This document shows positions 1 to 10,138 of a DNA stretch of 23,958 nt, piece after piece (positions within the stretch are counted from its first letter, which is position 1; the number at the start of each line of letters is the position of its first letter). A model generated the notes under the pieces. It had not been told where the DNA came from. It did no database searches and saw only the letters and a program-made list of their open reading frames with translations. This DNA is from Ancylonema sp. (taxonomy: Eukaryota). Location of the stretch: the NCBI GenBank assembly GCA_050230475.1, contig JBFLGF010000075.1, positions 62,001 to 85,958 on the forward strand, written 5' to 3'. Both the position numbers and the translations under genes were made by a program.

Positions 1-529
1 TGGTGGTGGAGGGGGCCGTGGTGGGTCGGCTGGCAGTGGGGAGTGCTTCAAGTGTGGCCAGCAGGTAAGCTTGTGTAACCTGTCTCTGCCTTCCTTCCAC
101 TTCATTTCTAACGATGCAGCAGCTTCTGTGGGGATGACAATGATCTAAATTGAGCTGCTAAAGCCAAGCCCAGCAATATTGTCAGCAGACATGGAAGTGA
201 TGCTCATCTGGCTGTACCCGTCTTTGCAGGGACACTGGGCACGTGATTGCCCTTCTGCAGGAGGTGGAGGTGGTGGAGGATATGGAGGTGGAGGTGGTGG
301 AGGCGGTGGGGGCGGTGGATACGGAGGTAGCCGTGGCGGAGGGGATCGATATTCCGAACGTGATTCTGACCGCGGGCATGGTGGAGGAGGTGGTGGGTAT
401 GGTGGGGGCGGAGACAGGGGTGGAGGGGACAGGTACGGTGGCTCAGGTGGCCGTTCTGACCGCGGGTCTGGTGGCAGCCGCGACCGCAGTGGGCCATATG
501 ATCGCCCCAGCGGAGGGGATCGTTACTAG
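1..529 (+). CDS. Glycine-rich RNA-binding protein, RZ-1 type (RRM/zinc knuckle), copy 1; 5'-partial (runs off the window)
   Basis: Exon <1..64, GT-AG intron 65..229 (cag|gtaagc ... tttgcag|gga), exon 230..529 ending TAG. Splicing rebuilds the CCHC knuckle [14 protein letters not shown], followed by a Gly/Arg/Asp-rich tail ending [14 protein letters not shown]. Near-identical to copy 2 at 11495-12012. Confidence 0.93.
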
Positions 530-1246
530 ATTGTTGGCATGACATGGCTACTGGCATGCTTCCAAGCTACACATAAGTCTCTTATCTAGTAACTGAGTTT
601 GAGAATTTTGGTAATGCTGGAATTGACTCCAAATTGGATCCATAGTTGACATAATGCAATCCATATTGCAAGTGGAGCAGTGAGGTCGCATGGACAACAT
701 GGCGAGCCTGTAGTTGACCAATTTCGATGTCGGAAGTGCGTGAACAGTAGAGAAGACTTTAGTGTCGTCACATGTGGGCGAGTGGTTAAATGCTGAGTAA
801 GATAGTAGGGGGAGGCATGCAGGGAATATGTGGGCAAATGGTGACTGTTCTCAATAATCATCACCTGCTTACGCTTCTACGTGAAACTTGATGCCAAGTG
901 GAATGCAAGCAAAAAGGTTACATTTGAGCATAGACAAACAACGTGGAATTTGAAATGAATTGGGAGTAGTTGCAAAGAAGGCATTGCATTTCACTAGGCA
1001 AAAGACTTTGTTAATCAACTGTAGCTCACAATCTGCGACATGCCATTAAATTGACAGCCGATGACACAAAATACAAATTGTGAAATGAATTGCCATGTGC
1101 TGGCAACTAGATTGTCAAAACAAGTGTCACGACTGCTTCTATGCCTCACACACTTTTTTGGCGAATTTTTAGGATAGTTATAGGGAAGGCTACTTGAGAA
1201 TTACCCATTTGGGGCGAGGAGAACACTTTTCAATGCAATCATATCA

Positions 1247-1800
1247 TTTAGTTGCACGACACGCTCCTCTGTGTGTTAAACGTGTTATCAGTGGAAACAC
1301 ACGACACTTTACGACACATCCAAATCCACACCCTCGTCATTGAATTCAATTTTCACGAGCAATTCGTCCTGCCGCCGAGTTCAAAACGGCCCCCCATACG
1401 AATATGCAAGACCGCTTTCAATTTACCTCATTAGTATGAAACCGCAAACGGTGGTGCGCTATTTGGATGTCCCGCCTCGGTGTATTCAACAGAGCTTCGA
1501 AATATTGTAGGGTTGCATCCGCGAACAACGTTGGTAGTCGGTAGTTGGTAGTCGGTGGTAGGTAGTCGGTGGTCGGTAGTCGGTAGTGGGTAGTGGGTAG
1601 TGGGTAGTTGGTAGTTGGTAGTCGGTAGTCGGCAGTTGGTAGTCGGTAGTCGGTAGTCGGTAGTCGGTAGTCGGTGGTGGGTAGTGGGTGGTGGGCAGTG
1701 GGTGGTGGGTAGTCGGTAATCGGTAATCGGTAGTGGGTAGTGGGTAGTTGGTAGTTGGTAGTTGGTAGGTGTGAGTTGTTAAACAAGAAGCTATTGGTTG
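1247..1800. mobile_element. Left part of a hAT-like MITE, truncated at the duplication boundary
   Basis: Begins TTTAGTTGCACGACACGC, which resembles the TIR of the 7054-7518 element (CGTAGTTGCACGATACG) and matches the reverse complement of the right end at 13262 at 14/18. No right TIR seen after 1800. Confidence 0.55.
1531..1770. repeat. 7-bp tandem repeat (GGTAGTC/GGTAGTG/GGTAGTT)n
   Basis: Directly visible. The paralogous site at ~13046-13089 holds only a few degenerate units. Confidence 0.95.
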
Positions 1801-2367
1801 TGTCATTTCATATATGATCGTGTGCCTATATGGCGTATTGCGCCGCCGGTTGCAATGATAAACCGGGTCAAGCGATAGTGACGCAAGTAGTTTCACTTTG
1901 TAGCGGTAGATATGATTGTTTCGTTACTCCCATACTCTTGATGTACGGCTCTTAATGTGACCTTTGCGGCCAAGCCATCTGGCCTTGCCCGACAGTGGCG
2001 GGAAATATATATGTAGATGTTTCGTAGCGTACGTTCGCCTTGTTGCGCAGTCACCATATAACAGTTCAGTCACGTTCGGTGACTGCAGCTATGTAGCAAC
2101 TTACACTCTCATTTAGTACACTCTGACAGCATTNAGGGGGAGGGGGAGGGGAGATGCTTGAGTAGAGAGCAAGGAAAAGATACAAAAGAAGGAGTTTGAG
2201 AATGACTGAGGCAAACGAAACGGAGATGAAACACACACACACAACGGATGAAACAAACCATTGTGCCATATGAAACGATTACAGAACCCTGCAAACAAAG
2301 GTAACGAGCCCAAAAAAATACGCAAACTGCGCCCTCCTTCCCTCTCCCTCTCTCCCCATCCCCCCAC

Positions 2368-5300
2368 CTCGTGCACAATGGCCGATATGTTGAGCGAGTG
2401 GTCATGCCCTGGCTGCAGGGGGTCATAGTCTGCGTGATTCCGCAGCACCAGAATGGGCAGCAGCACGCGGTGTGCCACGTCCAGAGTCGCACACCTGATA
2501 CAGGCACACCTGTCAGCACGCACGTCTCTGTACGGCGAGCGGGGGAGGGGAGAGGAGAGGAGACCCTGACCTGACATCTGGCGAGAAGAGGTGCTCGACG
2601 GCTGACACGATGACAGCTGTCAACCTCCCGCGGACGTGGTCGTGGCTCTCCTTGGTGAGCAGCGAGGGGTCCCTTCCGCTCTCCGCTTTCACGAGGGCCA
2701 CTGATCGCACACGTGGCAACGTGGCGGGGCCCACAAACCCCTCCCCTGCCCCCACCTTGCCATAGGCACACGGCCCAGCCGACAGGTCTACCACCGCATA
2801 GCTCCCGTGACTCAGCCAGACCTGGGTGAGGCCCCCCCCCCTGTACCGGAAACGGTACACATACCCTGCCTCCCCAGACCCCACCTGGGAGTCGGAGGGA
2901 GCTATATGGGGGTCCATTCGAACCTGGAAGGGGGGCAGAGCAGGATGGGGGATGGAGGGGTGGGTGGGTCAGAGTGTGCGGGTGGAGAGCGAGGAGGGGG
3001 AGGGGGACCTTATCGAGGTTGAGGAGGAAGATTGCGTTGGTGGCAGGGTTGGGGCCCTCCCCCTCGTCTGACTCGCTGCTGAAGAGCTGGGTGTACAGGC
3101 GGTCTAGTGCGGGCTCGAGAGCTGTCGCCTCCACGTTGTACAAGCGTGCAGTGCTGTTGTCAGCCTGAGGGGATGGGGTGGACAACAGAGGAGATTTTTT
3201 AAAATTTGTTCTTCATGGATTCCTTTTCTGGACATCAGTGCAGAAATGAGACACACACACACACAGCCAAAACAAATGTGGAATGAGTACATGGGTATGT
3301 GCGCACATTTACACACACCCGAACGAATATGAAATGCGTGTTCGAAGAAGCATACGTGGAGTGGATTTGATACTGTTAATACTGGCCCATATGGCCGTAT
3401 ATATACATATGCATGTATATGCATATGTATGTTTTTACGAACGAACATACACAATAGTGTACATACATATAAATGATGTGTATACACGCACATGACGCCA
3501 GACATGCATACAGTAGCGCATGTGTGGACATAGACTTCTTACCTCGAGAGAGAGAAAGAAAGGAAGAAGGAAGGAAAGAAAGAAGGAAAGAAAGAAAGGG
3601 AGAAACAGAAGAAGGAAGACGAAAAGAGACAAGGAAGGGAGGAGGGAAGACAGAAGGAAGGGTCGATAACCGGGTAGCCTCACTTGTACCCTTATCCCCG
3701 CCGGTGTCATGTTCTCCTTCACCACCTGCTCGACCCCCACCACCTCTGACGCGTCCACCTGGCGGTCATCCCCCCAGCCCACACCCATGTGAATACAAAG
3801 GGTCGAAAGGGGAAAGAAGTGGGTGGGGGAGGGGAGGTGTTACATGCAAGACGGTGTATGTGAGGTCATGCTCCACCTCCAGCTCCTCCCCAGTCTCCAC
3901 ACAGGCTGGGCGGTGGGTGGGGAAACTTCGCTGCAGGAACCAGAAGAGCTCCTCGGACTCCATTTTGTAGCGATACCTGTTTTCACACTGCCCCCGTGGA
4001 GTCGTGGGCCCCACGCATGTGTATATGCACCGCATGTGTGCATGTAGATGTGTGCAAATGAATGTGTATACACGCATACACTGCATGTGTATGCGTGTAA
4101 ACTCGACATGCCTAGGAATGGACGGATACATATTTAGAATTATGTGCGTACAATTTTTATGCGTGAGTGCATACATGTGTTCATGGAGACTGATGTCGCC
4201 ATGAATATATGACACCGATCTCTATTATACCCTGTATAAATACGTACAAATATGCATGAAAATCATGTGTGGCTTCATGTATGCATACACATATGGACAT
4301 GTGTACATACACATATGGACATGTGTACATACACATTTGTAAAATTATATTTCTGTTTTTCCAGGAACTCAATCATTCCTGTTTATGAGTTTATGAGTTT
4401 ATGAGTTTATAAGTTTATGAGTTTATAAGTTTACGAGTTTACGAGTTTACGAGTTTATGAGTTTATGAGTTTATGAGTTTATGAGTTTATGAGTTTATGA
4501 GTTTATGAGGTTATGAGTTTATGAGGTTATGAGGTTATGAGTTTATGAGTTTATGAGTTTATGAGTTTATGAGTTTATGAGGTTATGAGGTTATGAGTTT
4601 ATGAGTTTATGAGTTTATGAGTTTATGAGTTTATGAGTTTATGAGTTTATGAGTTTATGAGTTTATGAGTTTATGAGTTTATGAGTTTATGAGTTTATGA
4701 GTTTATGAGTTTATGAGTTTATGAGTTTATGAGTTTATGAGTTTATGAGTTTATGAGTTTATGAGTTTATGAGTTTATGAGTTTATGAGTTTATGAGTTT
4801 ATGAGTTTATGAGTTTATGAGTTTATGAGTTTTTGAGTTTTTGAGTTTGTGAGTTTATGAGTTTATTAGTTTATTAGTTTATGAGTTTATAAGTTTATGA
4901 GTTTACAAGTTTGCATACATGCGTCCAAACATTGATGTCTGCAGGTATCTCTACGTTCGTTAATATGAATGGATGTAGCACTTCATACATATAGATGTGA
5001 ATACCCACAATATATGATGGTAACGAATCAGTGATACAACGTCATTTGAAAATTGCATGAACATTTTATTGCATTCGGGTGATACATTTGCACTGATCGG
5101 TTGGTTGGTTGGTTGGTTGGTTGGTCGGTTGGGTGGTTGGTTATTGGATGTGATGCCCTGGATGCTGCTGAGCGAGATGCAAACATGGCCGACATGCTGT
5201 CGATTGGTTGATGTTGCTGATGCTGTTACTTCAACACAAACTCATTTGCCAGAAATGAATGCTACTGAAGATGTGAGGAGGTGAGATCGCTCACCCGCCA

Positions 5301-5968
5301 TCTCCATTCCAGCCGACGAGAACAATGACAACCTCTAGAGGCACGTGCAAAGGAGTCTGAAGGACAGGGAGGAGAGAGAAGATGACGAATGAGATAAGAT
5401 AATATATTACCCTCGAAAATTGAAGACAGATGCAAAGATCGGAAACGCACCTTGCTGATGTGGAACTGAATGCTACAGAAATACAAAGTGAACTCAGGTT
5501 GGAAGCTTAGATCTATCGACATGTTATGTTAGTCACAATATAGCTTAGTCCCGCAATTACAATTAATATCTCTTTGAAAACATTGATCCCTACGAGCATT
5601 CACCCAAATAAAAATGACTCTCCGCTTGATCATTTATCGCCACTGTACTGAGTGCTAGAATGGAAACGAGAGGTACCGATACAAAATTCATATGACGAGA
5701 GACGCGACGTATGGGCATTTCTAAGTGACAGGATCAACAGCCGTGGTGCCGAGAGAAAGGATGATCCCCAGCTCACTTCTGTCTGGTAATGTAAGAGTGT
5801 GTGTGCGGACTGTTGGACCCCAGCTCGAAGGTTTTCGATCAGGCCGTGATGCCACTGCGAGCTTTTTCCGACACCTTTAAAAGATTTCGACGTAGGCAGA
5901 GACTGCACGGAGCTCAAAATGCAGGTGACTGCAAGAAGCGATATTTTCGCGTACGCAAGTAAATTCAT
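2368..5968 (-). CDS. KNS3/SPOT1-family secretory-pathway protein, most like Arabidopsis At4g16180; 3'-incomplete (about 364 codons visible)
   Basis: Seven phase-compatible GT-AG exons: 5968-5777 (MNLLAYAK... signal peptide-like ...QWHHGL...LLHYQTE), 5356-5295 (TPLHVPLEVVIVLVGWNGDGG), 3976-3844 (YRYKMESEELFWFLQRSFPTHRPACVETGEELEVEH...), 3758-3690, 3164-3009 (...AIFLLNLDK), 2923-2571 (VRMDP...YVYRFRYRGGGLTQVWL...VVDLSAGPCAYGK...PDVR), 2494-2368 (CATLDVAHRVLLPILVLRNH...). These motifs match my recollection of At4g16180 (HWHH, VPLEVNIVLVGLNGDGGYRY, THRPSCQETGE, DLSAGPCTYGK). Confidence 0.88.
3545..3660. repeat. Purine-rich (GAAA/GGAA)n microsatellite in an intron
   Basis: Directly visible. Confidence 0.85.
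4381..4911. repeat. 8-bp tandem array (GAGTTTAT)n, about 66 units, in intron 2 of the KNS3-family gene
   Basis: Directly visible: homogeneous core, interspersed GAGGTTAT units, degenerate edges. Confidence 0.97.
5097..5142. repeat. (TTGG)n microsatellite
   Basis: Directly visible. Confidence 0.85.
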
Positions 5969-6114
5969 CCTGCAACAATCATTTGGTGTTCTGGTACAGT
6001 CAGTGAGATTCAAAAGGCTCAAGGGTAGCAGACGATTACTGCGCAAGTGTACTAATACTACTTTGCTATCTCATATTCCTACCAGCAACGCGGAAGCTGA
6101 AGGGGATCCGTAGC

Positions 6115-6340
6115 CAGGACTGGAAATTAGGTCACATGACTGGTAGATAATCGCCATGGCCAAGCTGCCTGGCGTCCTCCCTGCTAGCATGGGGTCCCAG
6201 TCTAATTTACGGGCCGGACTGGGGCCGGTCATCCCATTAGACTGGCCAGTCCGGATTGGACTGGCCCCAGTCTGGTAGTCCCAGCCTCCCATCCCAAGTC
6301 CAGTCCAAGTCCCAGTCCAATCGTAGGTCACCCAGACTTA
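6115..6340. repeat. Cluster of CCAGTC/GACTGG motifs in both orientations with an imperfect palindrome, just upstream of the KNS3-family ATG
   Basis: About ten copies of the motif. Hairpin AGACTGG-CCAGTCC-ggatt-GGACTGG-cc-CCAGTCT at ~6239-6273. Confidence 0.6.
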
Positions 6341-7053
6341 AAATAAATCATTCTGAACCTGTTAATTAAAACCCTCAAAGAAACCCGACAATATTTGGCT
6401 ATCAGGTCCCAATTTTCCGGTCCAATACTACCATTCTCACATCTTCCAGTCCGGTCAAGACACGTTAATATTGTCCGGTTTCAATCACGGTTAAAATGTA
6501 CGCGTATGAAGTAGTTAATTAAATACCCGCGTGGGTACCCTTATTAGTCCGAAATCGAAACCAGGTGCGAATGTACGTGCCATTTGTCAGCGATTAGCCC
6601 TGTCTACAGGCTACTCACTCTAACACCATGATGCAGAATCTGTCTCTACCGACACTGGTGCTACTTATTTTCAGTGCGCTCATGAGCCGGTTTTCATTAT
6701 CCCTTGTGCATAACCATTCCAATTCTGGTCCAGGCTTGTGTCAAGTAATAATCCGCTCGTGCCCGGCCTTCTTACACGCGTGTCGAGCCTTCCTGTAAAC
6801 GCGCCCAGTCCTCTTTGTCTGCCATCTCGAGAACCCAGTCTAATCAACCAATAAACTAACTAACTAACTAACTAAGAAGAGAGAATTGTATAGCATTGAA
6901 AAACGAACAACTGGGATATGATGAGCCAGTCTCCAATCCGGATTATCCAAAAAATAAATACAAATTTTATTTTGTAGGGTTACTTTTCACCTTCTTTTTC
7001 GGCTGCGAAGGTCCCCGACCCCCAGCCCCATGTGTAGCTCCATAGCTTGATGA

Positions 7054-7518
7054 CGTAGTTGCACGATACGCGCATCGTATTGGACACGTGTCCAATACGA
7101 TATGGCGTATCGACCATTTTCCCCTCTTATCGGGGTTCTCAGACGGCGGTATCGTATCGCTCGGATACGCGAACGTATCAAACACGAGATACAAGTGTGC
7201 CAAAGTTGGGAATATGAGGCTTGGACACCTTATGAAAACAAGCGTTACAAAGAGAAATATCCGTTATAACGAAAAAAATTACCTTTTCCTTTTACCCCAA
7301 AAACAAAAAAAACAACATTGCCGATTTTTTTTCACAAAATTTTTTGACCCACGGGAATGGGACGGAGGCCGTATCGTACCGTATCGTATCGGACGCTGAT
7401 ACCCGTATCAGGACAAAATTGATTTTTTTTGACGCATCGAGTTGTATCGCCTTATTGTTGTAGCGTCGTACCGGATACGGCATATCGGGGGATCTAGGTG
7501 CCATATTGTGCAACTACG
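7054..7518. mobile_element. hAT-like non-autonomous DNA transposon (MITE), 465 bp
   Basis: TIRs CGTAGTTGCACGATACG and the reverse complement of the right end CGTAGTTGCACAATATG (15/17). 8-bp TSD CTTGATGA (7046-7053) versus CTGGATGA (7519-7526), 7/8. Many subterminal GATAC/GTATC motifs and a perfect 28-bp palindrome at 7074-7101. An 8-bp TSD is typical of hAT. Confidence 0.8.
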
Positions 7519-7597
7519 CTGGATGATGATGATAAATGCAAAACAATGTTAGTACATCGTACCATTCCTGTATAATTTTTCACATTTACATTTTATC

Positions 7598-7676
7598 GGT
7601 TTTTTGGTTTTTTGGTTTTTTTGGTTTTTTGGTTTTTTGGTTTTTTGGTTTTTTGGTTTTTTGGTTTTTTGGTTTT
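7598..7676. repeat. (TTTTTTGG)n-type microsatellite
   Basis: Directly visible. Confidence 0.9.
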
Positions 7677-8587
7677 CACATTACGGTAGTTTCCACGCAT
7701 CGGACATATTTTCGTTGTACGTGGATGTAAATCCCGTCGTTCGCTTTTGATAACGCCAAAACGTGTCTTTCTTTGGTTATTTTGCAAAACTGTTTGTTAA
7801 TTTTGACCCCTGAGCTCATGAACGTCGTTTGCCATGTCGTTGAAATATACACCATGAAATTTTGTCTTATTTGCTGATTGGAGCGTGAATACTTGCAATG
7901 GTATCATATTCACTCGCATATAGTTTGTGAGATGCGATGGCTGTCCAAAGTAATGGTCGTTTACTTCCGTCCATCCATTTCAAGGCATATGAGGCTCATG
8001 TAATGGAACATAAATATTTATCGTGATGGGATGGTCTTGTATTTTCTTTTTTGTAAACAAGTAAGAATTCATACATGCATGCCACTATCTTTAACAAAGC
8101 CAATAAATCAAATATGTACACAAAAGAGTAGCCACATATTTTTTCTGCCAACATTGCACGGAAAGTTCTTCTACTGTGCTTAACATCCACTTAAATACCC
8201 ACTACCGAGAAAATTTATTGATTGCCGCTTGCTTGCGGTTCATAACACATGTTGCTTGCATTGCCAATAGCTGAAATTCCGTCAGCCATACTGGACTGCG
8301 AAATACTTTTCTAGAGAAGATTCAACAAAGAGTTCCTCGTTGCATAAATACAACCATCACAACACACATGGCACAAAATGCGATGACTAGTTTATTGCAC
8401 CAATATGAATTAGCTTAATTGTAAATGAAGTGCATACTAGTATCAAAACTAGATCAACGGAAGTGGACGTTGCACAAACAATGCGGCCTAGCCAAATAAC
8501 TAACTCAACTTCTCCATGTCATGTGAAATGACGATACAACTACCCAACTTCTCCATGTCATATGAAAGATACGAAAGCTCGCGCTAG

Positions 8588-9314
8588 TCAACCTAGCAAT
8601 GCACTCGGTCAATGAAATAACTATATTTCATGTATAAACAAATGAGAGTATCCGTTCGCGTTATAACGAGCTAAGTGAAGTCTCTTTATAAACAAAGCCT
8701 ATTCACTAGTACGAACCTCGCTCTAAGGCTATTAGTGATTGCCCTAGCTTCAGCAGCCACTGTGCCATCAGCCATGCTGGAGTGTGACACTCATAAACTG
8801 AATGACAAACGAGTCAACCCCAAAGTCATATAAGCTTGATCATGCTTGACTTACTTCAAAGCACGGAATCATACACGAAATGCAATGCTTGACTGATGTG
8901 CAATGAATGAATTAATTATCAATCCACAATGCTTGGACTTTATAAGTCCATTGTCTAACTAACTAGAAGTTGCTATGACCGTTTCACAAACGAAATATCT
9001 AAGTACAATGACCATTCCACAAACGAATGGAGATCCTACATTATGCACCATATGCAATGCATCATATAATGCATTGCACCAAACCGTCAACTTAATGCAC
9101 AAGTAGTTCTTCTAACTTCTTAACTTATAAACGATCATGCAATTTAAACGATGCTACATATTCCACCACTCAACCTAGCATGCATACGGTCAAATACCTT
9201 GAAGACCTCATTTATAACAACTACTTTAGTTTCCGTTCGCGTTATAACGAGAAAATACAATTCTCTTCATAAAAAAACCTATTCACTAGTGCGAACCTCG
9301 TTCTAAGGCTATTA
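8588..9314. repeat. Dispersed diverged direct repeat pair, ~145 bp (8588-8734 and 9170-9314)
   Basis: Shared blocks tcaacctagca..., tccgttcgcgttataacgag and cctattcactagt(a/g)cgaacctcg(c/t)tctaaggctatta. Confidence 0.85.
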
Positions 9315-9328
9315 TTGAGTGCCTTATA

Positions 9329-9822
9329 CTACAATAACTTGTTTGCCACGTGTTGGACTTGTAACATATCTTCATCCCCAAGACAAGCATCTTGGGCGGT
9401 GTTTGCAATGCCTTTTAGAGACTCCCTACATTCCACGAGAGTCATCTTCTTGGAAGGTCCCATGTCGACACCGTCATCATCACTCTCAATGAGTTCAACA
9501 TCCATCTCCTCACATCCCATGTGTTGCACATGGTCCACAATCTACCCCATGTTTCAATGTGGAGAAGATGCCATGCGCCGAAAAAGGACTAAAACCTCCG
9601 GCTGAAACAATTATTTTCCCCCAATAGCCTATAACGTCAGCATATTTTATGACGTCATAAATCGTTATGGGCAACCAATGGCTTTTTGGTGTGCCTGTAA
9701 CGTGGTGTGCTAGTTAGTGCCTTAACGAAGACGATTTGGCGGGGGAAAGTTGGTACACGCGATTCTGATGCCTGTAACGTGACTATGCTTATAACAAGTG
9801 TGCCTGTAACTAGTATTTACTG
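9329..9822 (-). mobile_element. Putative pogo/Tigger-like transposon remnant (one terminus plus an acidic transposase-tail-like ORF fragment)
   Basis: Terminus ...TGCCTGTAACTAGTATTTACTG|TA (9801-9824). TGCCTGTAAC is repeated at 9692, 9769 and 9801, with a variant at 9786. The minus ORF 9329-9538 (ESDDDG...KMTLVECRESLKGIA...) resembles the acidic-then-helical C-terminus of pogo transposases. The opposite TIR was not found. Confidence 0.45.
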
Positions 9823-10138
9823 TAATCCGAAGGCCCCGTTATTATTGAGTAACGGTGTGACTTTGCTGCGGACAGTGGCTGTTGGATATCTCATCTGAAC
9901 ACTTATCGGTCCTCCGCTATGCCACGTCAGATACGATTCTTATCATCGACGGTTGCCTTCTTATCGAGGCTCTCGCACAACCCGTGCTTTCATCTCGTCG
10001 AAGGGCTGCCCTCGAGGAGAGAGGCAGCACGACCTGATCTGTCCCTTGCGAGGCAGATAAGCGTTGGGAACAGTCGCCGTTGTAAAACGTCACTCATCCG
10101 CCACGATCAACTTTGCCGCTTCTACCGCATCAAGAATC

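Larger units (their letters stand above)
1..1800 (+). repeat. Segmental direct duplication, copy 1 (paralogous to ~11495-13126)
   Basis: Colinear similarity through exons, intron, 3' UTR and flank until ...gtgagttgttaaacaagaagctattggttg (1800) versus ...gtgagttgttaaacaagaagccattggttg (13126). Scattered substitutions and indels throughout. Confidence 0.95.

Noticed and set aside
1418..1896. ORFs with LPTTDYR-type repeats
   Set aside because: Translations of the 7-bp microsatellite.
1996..2086. E2F-like GGCGGGAAA motif and a short CAGTCAC/GTGACTG hairpin
   Set aside because: Short motifs expected by chance, with no associated gene identifiable next to the N.
2109..3185. 358-aa minus-strand ORF as a single gene
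   Set aside because: Only 3164-3009 is in the true frame; the rest reads through introns and off-frame exons of the KNS3-family gene.
4381..4911. CRISPR-like array
   Set aside because: Contiguous 8-mers without spacers, in a eukaryotic intron.
5440..5480. Possible micro-exon (VPHQ-like) in KNS3-family intron 1
   Set aside because: The exon at 5356-5295 already supplies the homologous residues in phase.
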